From Chloropicon primus (lineage: Eukaryota): a stretch of 64,000 bases of DNA. Shown here piece after piece: positions 9,453 through 19,972 of the stretch (within the stretch, counting starts at the first letter, position 1; each line of letters opens with the position of its first letter). The stretch spans positions 1 through 64,000 of the forward strand of contig CP060760.1 in the NCBI GenBank assembly GCA_023205875.1, given 5' to 3'. The notes below the pieces were generated by a model that was not told where the DNA came from, ran no database searches, and worked only from the letters and a program-made list of their open reading frames with translations. A program made the translations under genes and the position numbers.

Positions 9453-11033
9453 TTACTTTGCGAGCAGCAGCATGTTTTCCCCCGTCATGATCCTCGGGCA
9501 GTACTTGACGAATTGGGTCGACAGGAAGCCGTTCTGCCGAAGCCAGGCGATCCTGCACAAGTCCAAGAGCCTCTTGCACGCGAGGCCGGCTTTGATCCTT
9601 TCCGGCATTTTCAAATTGCCAAACATCTTCCGCTTCCTCTCTTCCGCAGCCTCGTCGTCCTTGGCCTCATCCTTTTTGACGTGGTCGTGGCCGCAGCAAG
9701 CCCAGCCAGTCATCCAGGAAATCAGCTGAAAGTCCTGCGCAGTCAGACCGAGGTCCTCGAAGACCTCCTTTGCGACGAAGGCTCTCCAGGTGCACTTGTG
9801 GTGGCAGCAGGACGCGATGCAGAGACTCTGCAGAGCGACGCCCGAAGACTCGCGGGACGTTTTGCAGATCTGGAGCGCCATGTCCGTGGCGCCCCCGCAC
9901 AGGTGCTTGCCCACCACGCAAACCCGCCTGTCGGCGAGGGACTTGACCTTGTCCATCGCAAAATCCTTGAGATCGCACTGAAACCTCTCCACCTTCATCC
10001 CCTCCTCGTGGCTGATCTCCCTGTCCGCCTTGAGCGAGAAGCACTGGTTATCCACGAGCAAAAGGTGGGAGAAGCCCATGCTCTTCACCCACATCGTCCC
10101 GAGGTGCCCTTTTCCGGCACCAAGCTCCACCACGGATCGACTCTCGCGACTCCCCTCGGCCTCCCCGGTCCGCGGGAAAAAATCAACGTAGTGGCCGATC
10201 ATGCTCACCTGCTGCTGGATGTGCCTGGTCTTGTACTTTCGAGCCGCAAGGTGAGAATTTGCGGGGGAGAACTCCCCGTCCCCGAACCAAGCGTCACACT
10301 CCTTTGGCCGCCGCAGCAGTCCCTCGCCACTGACGCCCCCCTCCCCCTCCCCCTCCCCCTCGACGACCGCCGCCGTGGGGTCGTGGTCCTCCCGCCACCG
10401 GAGCCTCTCGGCCAGCGTGTCCATCGAGCGATGAATTTTGGACACCAGCGCCCGGATCTCTTCCCCCCCGAGCGCCACGATGCGTTCCTTCCTCTCCTTG
10501 GTCGGTATGTCCGGCCGCCCCTCCTCCTCCTGTCCCACGTTCGCGTCCTCCACATAATACGGTTCCTGGTGCAGACTTTTCATCCTCTTCAGTGACTGGC
10601 ACTTCTTGAGGTGTTTCTGGAGCTCGTCCTTGAAGATGGTGTGCCTTGGGTCCACGGGACACGGGATTCTTGGTCTGTTGTCCACCACCCGGTGGTTCCC
10701 GCAGTACACGTCCCCCTCACACGCCTCAAAGTGACAGTACCTCCCCTTCTTCTTGAGATAAAATATGCACTTGCCCTTCTCCTTCCACAGAGCCAAAGCC
10801 GCTTGACCCTCCGCCGTGTGAACATCCTTCGGCATCGTGTACAACGCATCCTTGCCCTTCTTCCTCTTCCCCTTGGCCCCCTTGCCAGGACTAGGAGCAC
10901 CACCTCCACCCCCATGACCATTGGCCTCCCCCTTGGCCCCCTTGCCAGGACTAGGAGCACCACCTCCACCCCCATGACCATTGGCCTTCCCCTGGTGTTG
11001 GTTTTGTTGTTCCCTCCTTCGCTTCCCGTTCAT
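9453..11033 (-). CDS. TRM13: tRNA:m(4)X 2'-O-methyltransferase TRM13
   Basis: CCCH finger (CIFYLKKKGRYC...YCGNH), CHHC finger (CPVDPRHTI...HLKKC), VELGAGKG, KHLCGGATD and IASCCHH. Confidence 0.93.
   Translation of the reverse strand: MNGKRRREQQNQHQGKANGHGGGGGAPSPGKGAKGEANGHGGGGGAPSPGKGAKGKRKKGKDALYTMPKDVHTAEGQAALALWKEKGKCIFYLKKKGRYCHFEACEGDVYCGNHRVVDNRPRIPCPVDPRHTIFKDELQKHLKKCQSLKRMKSLHQEPYYVEDANVGQEEEGRPDIPTKERKERIVALGGEEIRALVSKIHRSMDTLAERLRWREDHDPTAAVVEGEGEGEGGVSGEGLLRRPKECDAWFGDGEFSPANSHLAARKYKTRHIQQQVSMIGHYVDFFPRTGEAEGSRESRSVVELGAGKGHLGTMWVKSMGFSHLLLVDNQCFSLKADREISHEEGMKVERFQCDLKDFAMDKVKSLADRRVCVVGKHLCGGATDMALQICKTSRESSGVALQSLCIASCCHHKCTWRAFVAKEVFEDLGLTAQDFQLISWMTGWACCGHDHVKKDEAKDDEAAEERKRKMFGNLKMPERIKAGLACKRLLDLCRIAWLRQNGFLSTQFVKYCPRIMTGENMLLLAK
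10869..10987. repeat. In-frame 60-bp tandem duplication in the TRM13 N-terminus
   Basis: Two identical 59-nt copies with period 60, encoding ANGHGGGGGAPSPGKGAKG twice. Confidence 0.92.
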
Positions 11034-11116
11034 CCCGAGGACCAGGTGCACCCCAATGACAAGTCCTCCTCAGAGCGAATTGTCTCTAGAAAGATCGCGC
11101 CAGGATCGATCCTTCC

Positions 11117-11119
<3 letters not shown>

Positions 11120-11152
<33 letters not shown>
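11120..11152. repeat. (CT)n microsatellite
   Basis: Direct reading of the sequence. Confidence 0.9.
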
Positions 11153-11154
<2 letters not shown>

Positions 11155-11694
11155 CCAATCCCTTCTCGATGCCGATGCCTCAAGCTCTTTGATGCCTCAA
11201 GCTCTTTCCCGTCCTCCCATCTTCCTCAGAGCACCGTTTCTTTCGTGCGAGGGTTCTACGGAAAGATCTCGAGACAAGGCTTTCGCTTGTTCCGTCCTCC
11301 CCTTCGACCTGGTCCTCCGCCCTTCCCTGCGCCGCGATGGCGTCCTGCCTCTCCCTCTCGTCCTCTCCCTCTCCCGCGCTTTTCTGGTCCACGAGGAAGA
11401 AGCGCGCGGCGGAGAGGACGAGGACGAGAGGACGAGGAGAGGAGAGCGCGGTCGGGAGGACGAGAGGACGAGAGGACGAGGACCTCGTCACACCACTCCC
11501 TAAACACCAAACACAAACCGCATACCCTTCTCCTTCTCTCCTTGGGATTCCATTCAGCATTCAACCGAGGCGAAGGCGAAGGCTCGAGCATTGAGCATTG
11601 AGCATTGAGCATCCATAGCGTAGCGTAGCGTAGGGCTTGAGAGCACGGAGCAGTGGAGGGTAGGGGTAGGGGTAGGGGTAGGGGTAGGGGTAGG

Positions 11695-14600
11695 ATGGAG
11701 GGGAAGTCTTTTGCAGGGAGCGTGGTGGTGGGCCGTGCTCGTGGTATGTCTGCTGCGGTGGAGAAGGTGTTTCGTGGTGTGCTACCGCAGGCGCCGCCCT
11801 TGCCCTTGGTGGCCTTCGTTGGGAAGCCACAGGTGCACAAAGTGGTTGGGAATTATTTGCGTTCGAGGTTGTTCATGAACTCCGTGGGAGTCACCGAGGC
11901 AGAGAACGCGAGAAAGCTTTTCCCTCCCAGGAAGAACCAGCAGGCGGAGCACCAGGAAGGACATGGGCATGGACCAGGGGACCCTGGAGACCTCCGCCAC
12001 TCCGGTTCCCAAGAGAATATCCAACAGGGTTGGATGATAGACGGGTGCGTGAAGACGCGTTGGTTTGAGAAGCACCGCAAGTGTCATCCGGCCTGCGTGG
12101 TGCTCTTCTTGTCCTTCGAGGACTTCTCGGGGGATCCGCAGCAGTGGACGGAGTGCTGCTCGGCGGTGGATCAGGTCTCCCAGGCCGCCAAGCAGAGGGA
12201 CGCCAAGGTGTGCGTCTGCGTCCTGGCTTCCAAGAGGGACGGCCACGAGCTGCCCGAGGACAGGGTGACGTCCATCAAAAGGCGGCTCGTGACTGACCCC
12301 AAGTACGTGACGATGATTGACATCGAGGACGAGGTCGATCTGAAGCTGCTGGGCACCCTGCTCCAGGAGTTGTCGGGGATGTATTACAGAGACATGGTCA
12401 CGAGGCTGAGGAAGAAAATGGAGACGGTGAACTCCTTGACGAGGAAGAGGGAGAAGCAAAGGAACTCGGGGGGGCAGTCGGACATCCATGGGAAGAAGGA
12501 GGAGAGGGAGGAGCTTCGGATGAAGGTGAGGATCTTGGTCAAGATAGGGACGATGTGCGAGTTCGTGCAGGACTGGAGGGCCGCGTTGCAAGCGTACCAG
12601 CAGGCTTACACGTGCGTTGGGGACCTCTTCAGCGCCTCCCAAAATCCTACAGGGATGGCCTCGGTGATTGAGGACGACGTCTGCTACCTCCAGGAAGCGA
12701 GGGAGGCTCTGTCCGTTGCCGAGAGCTTGATTGCCAAGGTCACGACCCTCCTCCTCATCCAGCACAACTGGGTGGTGAAGAATAGCGCGCAGGCAAGTCC
12801 GCAGCAGGGGCAGGGGACTCCTGCAGACGGCCGCACAACGAGCACGCCCCACCTGGAGGACGCTATTCAACTCTTCCAGCACCATATCAACATCTTTCGG
12901 CTTCCTCTGGGCAGGAACCCCTCACTTCTGAAGCACCTCGAGGACAAGCACGGGTTGGATCTGGTGGAGGTTTACGAGGCCGTGCACTGGTCTTGGGTCT
13001 CCTACCAATACAAAAAGTTTGCAAAGCTGCTGATGGAGCACGTGGCGAGCGATCTGCTGCTGAAGCTCGGGGCCCATCCCTCGTACTACTTGTCTTGCGC
13101 TGCCCACTATGCCATCATGAGGAGGCAGTGCTACGAGAGCAGCCAGTCGAGGAAGATGACGATGGAGCACAGTGGGCAAGACATGTCAGGGTCGGCCCCC
13201 GGTGGGGGCAATGGCCAGTTGGGCTCGAGGACCAGCATGGAAGCCACCAGAGTCATGTTTGCGGCGGGGAAGTGCCGGGTGATGTCCGGTGACTACTTGG
13301 GCCAATGGGAGATCTCGGCCGAGGGAAGACCGAAGCGGAAAATGACCGAGAACGAGTTTTTGTGTTTCCTGGAGGACGGGGAGACCAAGGTCAACCACGT
13401 GGAAGCTATTCTGGAGCATCTGAACAGTGCCCAGACTTTATACGATGAGATTGGGCTGCGGAGGCACAAGCTGAAGATTCAGATCGAGTTGGCGGACGAG
13501 TACGTGAGAATAGACAGGATACAGGAGGCGCAGGCGATATTGCTGGAGGTTGCGGCCGTCTACCGCCGCGAGGGCTGGGACAGCCCGCTTGCTGACGTTG
13601 TTTTGAGGCTAAGGAAGTGTGCGCAGCTCCTCAGGAAGACCAGGGAGCATGTCCTCCACAGTTTCGAGCTCTGCGCTTTGGAGAACGTGATGGAAGAGGA
13701 TCAAAGGTTCGCAATCTTCCAGTCCGCTCAGGCCGTGCTCATGAGCCAGATGATGACGAGCGAGACCAACGATGCTGTCAGTCTCATGTCCACCCCAAGC
13801 TTTGAGTTCGACATGAACGATACCGCTGCGTTGAAAACCTGCTTCTCCTGCACTGTCGGGTTCAGGGTGCCCGAGGACCAAGTCGTCCTGGGGTCAGGGG
13901 TGGATGTCCTCGTCGCCTTGAAGTCGAAGGCCCCTCTCCCGGTGGAGATCAGGGCCCTGAAAGCTGCTTTCACTGACGGTGGCTGCGACACGGTCGTGGC
14001 GGCAGGAGAGGGCGCAGCGCAGATCAAGGAAATTCAAGCTGACGGGTCCCACCTGTCCAAGGACGCGATCATTCTGAGTCCTGGGCAGTACCACAAGTTC
14101 TTGCTGCAGGTGACTCCGAGGGAAATTGGACACCTGAAGTGCTCAAGAGTCGAGGTGCTGCTGGGGGACTCTGCGCTTTTGGTGTGGGATTTCGAGAAAG
14201 CTGCCCTGGCGACAGGCGGAAAGAAGCAGGAACTGGCGATGAAGGAGTCGGGCAGCGACCCCCTCTCCCAGATGTCTGGTGTCGTACCAAATCACAGAGG
14301 AATTGTTGTGGATGACCTCAACCTAGGAATCAAGATTGCTCTCTCGGTTCTTTCGCTTCCCCTGTCTGGAGGGTACACCAGGGTTAAGGCCGACATCACC
14401 ACTGACAACGTGAAACTGAACTCGCCTTCGCTTCTGCTGTCAGTTGAGAACGCCAACAGTGATGGGGTAGACGCGCAGAGGAAGGGCGTTGACAGAGGGG
14501 TTTACGTTCTTAAAGCTGACGGGACGAAAAAATGTGAGGGAGCCTTCCAGCTTCCAAGCATGGAGCCTCACTCTCACCTGGAGCAAGAGTTCCTGGTGCA

Positions 14601-15570
14601 CTGTCCCTCCGATGCCGCCTTTGTCTTTTTGGCCAGAGTCACCGCTGACAAGGTCAGGCAGTCTGCAGACGCCGCGATCACCTTGAAGCCCCTGCCCCCC
14701 TTCAACTTTGAGTGCGCACTCAAGTCTTGCCCTTACGAGTTTCCGATGCTGCTGGGCAGCCAGGTGAAGGCCAAGGAGCTGGAGTCCCTTGAGAACACCG
14801 CGGCGCGCATTCCGCCAAAGGAGAACTTTGTCGTCTTTGCTTCCATCGTATCGTCGTGCCCCTCGGATCTCGAGGTGCTTTCCATCAACTTTGACGGGCG
14901 GGGAGATGGCGTCCGCCTCAGGTCCCCAGAGGGGCAGTACGAGATGCCTTGCACGCTGTGCGAGCAAGAGAGCTTCGGCCTGGTCGGTTACGCGAACATT
15001 GACGGCTCCTTCCCCGGCGGGTCCTTCGGGACCTTGCAGATACGGTGGAGGCAGATGAACGAGGGGTACGGAGACCTTGTCGCAGAAAGCTTGTTCCAGC
15101 TTCCGACGATTATGGTGACCCACCCACCCTGCAAGGTGAACTGCTCGTACCCCACAAGGACGATTGTGGGCGAGGCATTCCCCCTTTCCATTCGGATCGA
15201 GAACACCACCCACGTCCTCCAGGACTTTGACGTGGATATGCAGGACGGGCAGGGCTTCATCTACAGCGGTTACAAGTCCACCAAGGAGCAGGTTCTGCCC
15301 CACGACACCAACGAGCTGACTTGGAACCTCGTCCCCGTGGCCACCGGCATGATGAAGCTTCCGACCGTGAGGATTCGCTCCGCGGGGCAGAAGGTGGAGC
15401 TCAGCGTTCCCGTTTCCCATGGGAACATCTTTGTGAGGCCCCAGCAGGGCGATCTTGGCTTGCAGGAACAGGCCCACGTCGTCGTGCCAGCCAAACCCAG
15501 GCAAGATGCTGCTCCGCCTGCTGCAGCACCTGTTGCCAGCCAGGGGAACGAAGACCTCATCAGCCTGTGA
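11695..15570 (+). CDS. TRAPPC11: Trafficking protein particle complex subunit 11 (Foie-gras + Gryzun domains)
   Basis: PLPLVAFVG, G.VK..WFEKH...PA.VVLF, KIGTMCEF.QDW.AAL..Y..AY, LA.EY...YRREGW and C-terminal Gryzun-like GFIYSG...WNLVPVATG.MKLP. Start may be 11746. Confidence 0.88.
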   Translation: MEGKSFAGSVVVGRARGMSAAVEKVFRGVLPQAPPLPLVAFVGKPQVHKVVGNYLRSRLFMNSVGVTEAENARKLFPPRKNQQAEHQEGHGHGPGDPGDLRHSGSQENIQQGWMIDGCVKTRWFEKHRKCHPACVVLFLSFEDFSGDPQQWTECCSAVDQVSQAAKQRDAKVCVCVLASKRDGHELPEDRVTSIKRRLVTDPKYVTMIDIEDEVDLKLLGTLLQELSGMYYRDMVTRLRKKMETVNSLTRKREKQRNSGGQSDIHGKKEEREELRMKVRILVKIGTMCEFVQDWRAALQAYQQAYTCVGDLFSASQNPTGMASVIEDDVCYLQEAREALSVAESLIAKVTTLLLIQHNWVVKNSAQASPQQGQGTPADGRTTSTPHLEDAIQLFQHHINIFRLPLGRNPSLLKHLEDKHGLDLVEVYEAVHWSWVSYQYKKFAKLLMEHVASDLLLKLGAHPSYYLSCAAHYAIMRRQCYESSQSRKMTMEHSGQDMSGSAPGGGNGQLGSRTSMEATRVMFAAGKCRVMSGDYLGQWEISAEGRPKRKMTENEFLCFLEDGETKVNHVEAILEHLNSAQTLYDEIGLRRHKLKIQIELADEYVRIDRIQEAQAILLEVAAVYRREGWDSPLADVVLRLRKCAQLLRKTREHVLHSFELCALENVMEEDQRFAIFQSAQAVLMSQMMTSETNDAVSLMSTPSFEFDMNDTAALKTCFSCTVGFRVPEDQVVLGSGVDVLVALKSKAPLPVEIRALKAAFTDGGCDTVVAAGEGAAQIKEIQADGSHLSKDAIILSPGQYHKFLLQVTPREIGHLKCSRVEVLLGDSALLVWDFEKAALATGGKKQELAMKESGSDPLSQMSGVVPNHRGIVVDDLNLGIKIALSVLSLPLSGGYTRVKADITTDNVKLNSPSLLLSVENANSDGVDAQRKGVDRGVYVLKADGTKKCEGAFQLPSMEPHSHLEQEFLVHCPSDAAFVFLARVTADKVRQSADAAITLKPLPPFNFECALKSCPYEFPMLLGSQVKAKELESLENTAARIPPKENFVVFASIVSSCPSDLEVLSINFDGRGDGVRLRSPEGQYEMPCTLCEQESFGLVGYANIDGSFPGGSFGTLQIRWRQMNEGYGDLVAESLFQLPTIMVTHPPCKVNCSYPTRTIVGEAFPLSIRIENTTHVLQDFDVDMQDGQGFIYSGYKSTKEQVLPHDTNELTWNLVPVATGMMKLPTVRIRSAGQKVELSVPVSHGNIFVRPQQGDLGLQEQAHVVVPAKPRQDAAPPAAAPVASQGNEDLISL

Positions 15571-15749
15571 TTGTGATTCGTTTTCGTGATAGTCATAAAA
15601 CTTTATATTGTTTGTGTATGTGTGAAAAGGATTAAAATACAAAACACGGGCAATCGCGGCAACGCGCGAACTGGGTCCACTCTCGCCCCCCGCTATGAAT
15701 GATCCCCCCCCCCTCTCTAGTATCTCTAGTAGTAGAATGAAAGAATCCC

Positions 15750-16865
15750 TTAGTTTTGAGTGCGTGCAGCGCGTGGCTCGCTTTGGTTCGGGTTCAAGGC
15801 CATGGTCTCCTTGGCATTCCTTTTCCTCCTCTCAAGCTTCGTCTCTTCATTTTTACACGACGAGGACGACGACGACGCCTTTTTGTCCTTCCCGAAGTCT
15901 TCCAGCCTGTCCTGCATGCTCGTGAGCTCAGCCAAGAGGCAGAGCGTGATGATGGTGTGGGGAGCCTGCCTGAAAAAGTAAGGGCCGAACCCCGCGTAGA
16001 ACCTCATGGGCCCGTGTTTGCTGAGAGTCTTCCTGGCGCAGTCGAAGGCGCTCTTGTAAGGGAGCTTCCCGAACTGGTTGGGCTGCATGCTTTGCACCTG
16101 ACTCTTGACGTAATCGAACGGCATGGAGAACGTGGCTCCCACGAACCCTCCGACCACCGAGCCCCCAAAGACGCTGACGACCCCACCCTTCTTGGCCCCC
16201 AAATTCTCCAGCATGTCCCTTGCCTGGTCCGCGCTCGCGAGCTGGCCCAAGTTCACCGCCATGCATCGGGTGACCGTCATGAAGCTCCCCCTCCACAGGC
16301 CCAGGACTCCTTCGCCCTTGACCGTCCTGACCACGCAGTCCAGGACGCCCTTGTAGTTCTTCCTTAGGTGGGCGGGCAGGGCGTTGTCCGCGGTCAGTCG
16401 CACGACCGCGAGGTCCGCGGGGTTGCCCACCACCGCGCCGACGGCCCCAGCGGCAAGGGCGCAGAGGCCCTTCTCCCAGAACGGGAGCTGGAGGTCCTCC
16501 TTCTCTCCCTTTCTCCCATTGGCCTCCGCCTTGTCCCTCCTCCTCTTCTTGGCGCTGTTCGACAGCGTCCTGAAGACGCCGAGCCTCGTCATCCCGTACG
16601 TCATCTGCCTCGCCAGTCCGGCGTCCAGGCCCTTGTACATCCCCCTGAAGCCCTCGTCCCTGAGAATCTTTTTCGCCAGAGGCACCAAGCTCATCTTGCT
16701 CCCGAGCTGGTACCTCATTTTGAACACGTCCGCGGGCTGCACGGCGAGGAGAGCGGCACTGGCTGCAACACACCCGTTGACGAAGGGTTGGGCCGTGTGC
16801 CACGCCCTCTTGGCCGCGTTCCCCCTTCCCTCCAACTCCAACTCGAGTTTGCCCTTCTTCTCCAT
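15750..16865 (-). CDS. Mitochondrial carrier, dicarboxylate/tricarboxylate (DTC) or 2-oxoglutarate/malate type
   Basis: Three Px[DE]xx[KR]-type repeats (QPADVFKMR, NPADLAVVR, MPFDYVKSQ); GLARQMTYGMTRLG, RKNYKGV and RQAPH match the OGC/DTC subfamily. Confidence 0.9.
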   Translation of the reverse strand: MEKKGKLELELEGRGNAAKRAWHTAQPFVNGCVAASAALLAVQPADVFKMRYQLGSKMSLVPLAKKILRDEGFRGMYKGLDAGLARQMTYGMTRLGVFRTLSNSAKKRRRDKAEANGRKGEKEDLQLPFWEKGLCALAAGAVGAVVGNPADLAVVRLTADNALPAHLRKNYKGVLDCVVRTVKGEGVLGLWRGSFMTVTRCMAVNLGQLASADQARDMLENLGAKKGGVVSVFGGSVVGGFVGATFSMPFDYVKSQVQSMQPNQFGKLPYKSAFDCARKTLSKHGPMRFYAGFGPYFFRQAPHTIITLCLLAELTSMQDRLEDFGKDKKASSSSSSCKNEETKLERRKRNAKETMALNPNQSEPRAARTQN

Positions 16866-17667
16866 CTTTGAGTTTTCAAAAGGCAAGCCAGAGGTATTAG
16901 GTGAGGATGATGATGATGATAAGGAGGAGGAGGAGGAGGTTGTTCTTCACAACTCAGAACAACTTGGTGGTGGTGCAACTCTGGTTCATGTATTACTTCG
17001 TACTGTTCCCGGTCCCTCCTCCTCAAAGTCAGTAAGTATCCAACGAGCAAACAAGTCGTTCTCGTTCTCGTTCTTGTTGTTGTTGTTCTTGTTGTTGTTG
17101 TTGTTGTTGTTGGTGGTGGTATGGTATGGTACCACTTGTCGGTCGATGCCTCGACTGGACCCTTTACCTTTACCTGTCCTGACCTGTCCTGGTTTGGATT
17201 CCGTTCCAGACGTTGGCCCCAGGAGAACACGACCACGAAGCGCGAAGGAGAAGCACAAGGAGGAAGAGAACGAGGAGAACGAGGAGTCCTTCTTCCTTCT
17301 TCCTTCTTCCTTATTCCTTTCCAAGACACGAAACCATGGATGCGATGGATGCCTTTCCTTTCCTTTCCTTTCCTTGGAGGGGTGTGTTTCCAAGATCCAG
17401 TGCTGGATGGTGTCCGTGGGATGAGTGCCCCTCTCGGTACACTGCTTCCCCGCCCTAGGGTTTCCGACCGCCAACGAACAGAGAGAAGAGAGAGGCGGTG
17501 GCGGAGCGCACGGAGCACAGGGAGCAAAGCCAAGGCAAAGGCGAAGGCAAAGGCGCAACAACCAGAGGAAGGACAATTGACGACAGGACACGATAGGATT
17601 GGACTGGTCTGAGTTACTTTTTTTTATATAGATACACGAACACGAACACGAAGAGAAGGAGGAGAAG

Positions 17668-18513
17668 ATGTTGTCTCGTGTGTTGAGGGGAGTGGCGGGG
17701 GTGGCCAGTCAAGCGAAGAGTGGAATGGGTGGAATGGGTGTGGCTGCTGCTGCCACGGCGGTGGGAAATGCAATGCCTGCGGGTACGAGCATGCGCCATG
17801 GGTACTCTGCGGCCGCGGGAGGAGACTTCGTGCTTGACTTCTTGAAGGAGGACCTCGAGGCGTACGAGACGTATTTGGAGGAGTGCCGGAAGGTGTACTA
17901 CCCTCTGGGGGAGAGCGACGACAAGGCCAAGGTGAAGAAGTTCGCCGAGGAGCTCGAGGCGGCGAAGAAGAAGGCCAAGGTGCCCACGACGGTGGAGAGG
18001 CAGCAGCAGCTCTTGGGTTTCTTCAAGTGGCAGGCAGGGGACTCGGTGAGGGAGTTCTACAACCTCGCCACTCCGCTCATGTCCGCGGAGAACGCCTCCG
18101 GGGCCATGCTCGCCCTGGACGACGTCGAGAAGGAGATCGGCAAGCCCTTGCTCTACTCCGACGCCAAGTCCTTCGAGAAGTTCCAGAAGAAGACTGCCAA
18201 GCTGGTGAAAGAGTACATGGCGAGCGTCAAGGAGAAGACAGGAGTGGCCGGCGAGGAGGTCCTCAAGAACTTGGGCTACTACGAGGCCGTGGCCCACCTC
18301 AAGCAGGTGGAGGAGGACGCCCTCGATGCCGTGAAGCGCGCCAAGGAGGGACCAAGAATCCTCGACCTTAGCCAGCTCGACGAGTTCTCCAAGGAGGAGA
18401 TGGACCAGCTCAAAAAGTTGGGGAACCTCAAGGACGACGACCTCAAGGACGTGAACTTGGACCTGAGGACCATCGCCCAGATGCTCCACAAGGCCAGGAT
18501 GAGCGAGGCCTAA
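17668..18513 (+). CDS. Mitochondrial ATP synthase 24 kDa subunit FAd (plant MGP1-like)
   Basis: Mitochondrial presequence (MLSRVLR); ALDDVEKEIGKPLLYSDAK and a terminal LDLR resemble plant FAd ALEKVEKDIKKPLLRSDKK...LDIR as recalled; DDKAKVKKFA resembles EDPAAVKQYA. Confidence 0.72.
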   Translation: MLSRVLRGVAGVASQAKSGMGGMGVAAAATAVGNAMPAGTSMRHGYSAAAGGDFVLDFLKEDLEAYETYLEECRKVYYPLGESDDKAKVKKFAEELEAAKKKAKVPTTVERQQQLLGFFKWQAGDSVREFYNLATPLMSAENASGAMLALDDVEKEIGKPLLYSDAKSFEKFQKKTAKLVKEYMASVKEKTGVAGEEVLKNLGYYEAVAHLKQVEEDALDAVKRAKEGPRILDLSQLDEFSKEEMDQLKKLGNLKDDDLKDVNLDLRTIAQMLHKARMSEA

Positions 18514-18676
18514 AGGGAAGACCGCGAGCTTACGAACTGCTAGCCTAGTAGCCGGATGTGCACGACAGTGTCACACGTCGTCACAATGATGATTCTGAAC
18601 GTCGTCGAGAAGCCTTTGCACGTACGCAAAATATATAACACTATCTTTTTTATACATCCTTCTCGCGTCGGAGGAT

Positions 18677-19972
18677 CTAGGTCCCCTGTCCCCTGAAATC
18701 CGCGAGGTTCTGGACGAGCTCCGACGGCCAGAGCCTCGCCGTGACCTCCCGCTCTGTGTACAAGACGCACGGCGAGGAGCTTCCACCCAACCCTGGGATT
18801 CCCGCGTCGTCGCAAGGGATCTGGGTCCCCGATTCGAAGTCCTCGCAACGGTTGTCGGTCACCAGGGCCTCCATGTCCAGCATTCTTTGGGCGGCGCGGT
18901 TGACGGCGAGCTTGACCTTGTTGTTGGGGCGCGACGGAGGGGGAGGGGGGTGGCTCACGCAAAGCTGTTTCCACTCGAGCTCCGCCTTTCCCCCGAAGCC
19001 GTTGCCGTAGAGCGCGGCCACTTGGGCAGCCCGCGCGTCCCAGAACTGGGGGTAACCCCTGTCCCCCGGGTCTGGCCCCTTGTCCAACCCCTGCAAAACC
19101 TTGAGGGCGCCCTCTCGGTCACCGGCCCCGTATTTCGCCAGCGCCAGGTTCAGCTGGGCGCGCTGAAACATGGTCGGTGCCCCGCCGCGGAGCCCGGACA
19201 GGGTCCAGCCCCGGGGCACCTCCTCCACGTCGAGGCCCGACGAGGCGTTGACCGCCAGGACCCCCAGACACTTTGTGAACGCCACTTGCGCCTCCTCCCA
19301 GCGACCCGTCTGGCCGAGGGCGATGCCTTGGCCGTCCAGCGCGAGGGCGACGGCCATCTCTCGCGAGTTGCACACTGTGCAGTTGGCCGAAGCCTCGTAG
19401 AAGACGAATTTCTGGCCACCCCCTCCTTTGTAGCCTTCCAGCAGCCCGACCGCCCTTTGGAAATCCTTGTCGGCGTCCTCCCAGCCCTTTGCGCCGAGCA
19501 GGGCGTTCCCCCTCGCCACGAAGCACGACGCCAGTATTCCCTGCACCCTGTCCGCGTCCCCCGCCTGGCCAACCAAGCTCCCTCTCAGCCTCTCAGCCTT
19601 GGCCACTGCCTGATCCAGGAACTCCACCGCCGTGTACGGATCCCCCTCGAGCCGACCGTACTTGAGCAACTTGCTGATCTCCCCCTCGACCTTGTCCTGC
19701 ATGGCAGCAGCAGCAGCAGCAGCAGCAGCAGGTTTTTCTTCCCTCGCCGCCACAAGGAGCAGCATACCGCTGGCGAGGAACCCCCTTCGCTGCCACTGCC
19801 ACCGTCGTCGGCATTGCCCTCCTCCCCCTCCTCGTCCTCGTCGCGTGGTGTCACAGTCACAGGTGGTGGTGGTCGTGGTGTCCCCCCTCCTCCTCCTGCT
19901 GCTGCTTGGGGTGGTCACGGAGGACGCCTGGGTCCTCTTCTGCCCCGCCATCGTCACAACGCCGACCCCCAT
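18677..19972 (-). CDS. TPR-repeat protein, probably plastid/thylakoid-targeted
   Basis: TPR-like helices (FVARGNALL..GWEDADKDFQRAV; ALDGQGIALGQTGRWEEAQ; AQLNLALAKYGAGD); Ser/Thr/Arg-rich N-terminus followed by RRGFL, a hydrophobic stretch and an Ala run. Start may be 19951. Confidence 0.7.
   Translation of the reverse strand: MGVGVVTMAGQKRTQASSVTTPSSSRRRRGDTTTTTTCDCDTTRRGRGGGGGQCRRRWQWQRRGFLASGMLLLVAAREEKPAAAAAAAAAMQDKVEGEISKLLKYGRLEGDPYTAVEFLDQAVAKAERLRGSLVGQAGDADRVQGILASCFVARGNALLGAKGWEDADKDFQRAVGLLEGYKGGGGQKFVFYEASANCTVCNSREMAVALALDGQGIALGQTGRWEEAQVAFTKCLGVLAVNASSGLDVEEVPRGWTLSGLRGGAPTMFQRAQLNLALAKYGAGDREGALKVLQGLDKGPDPGDRGYPQFWDARAAQVAALYGNGFGGKAELEWKQLCVSHPPPPPSRPNNKVKLAVNRAAQRMLDMEALVTDNRCEDFESGTQIPCDDAGIPGLGGSSSPCVLYTEREVTARLWPSELVQNLADFRGQGT

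Noticed and set aside
11653..11694. GTG/TTG start codons from the ORF track, here and at many other genes
   Set aside because: These are eukaryotic nuclear genes, so starts were moved to the first plausible in-frame ATG.
16890..17660. ORFs of 160-350 aa across microsatellite-rich intergenic DNA (also ~20000-20500, 28900-29290, 56520-57040)
   Set aside because: Their translations are homopolymer and dipeptide runs from simple repeats in promoters and UTRs.
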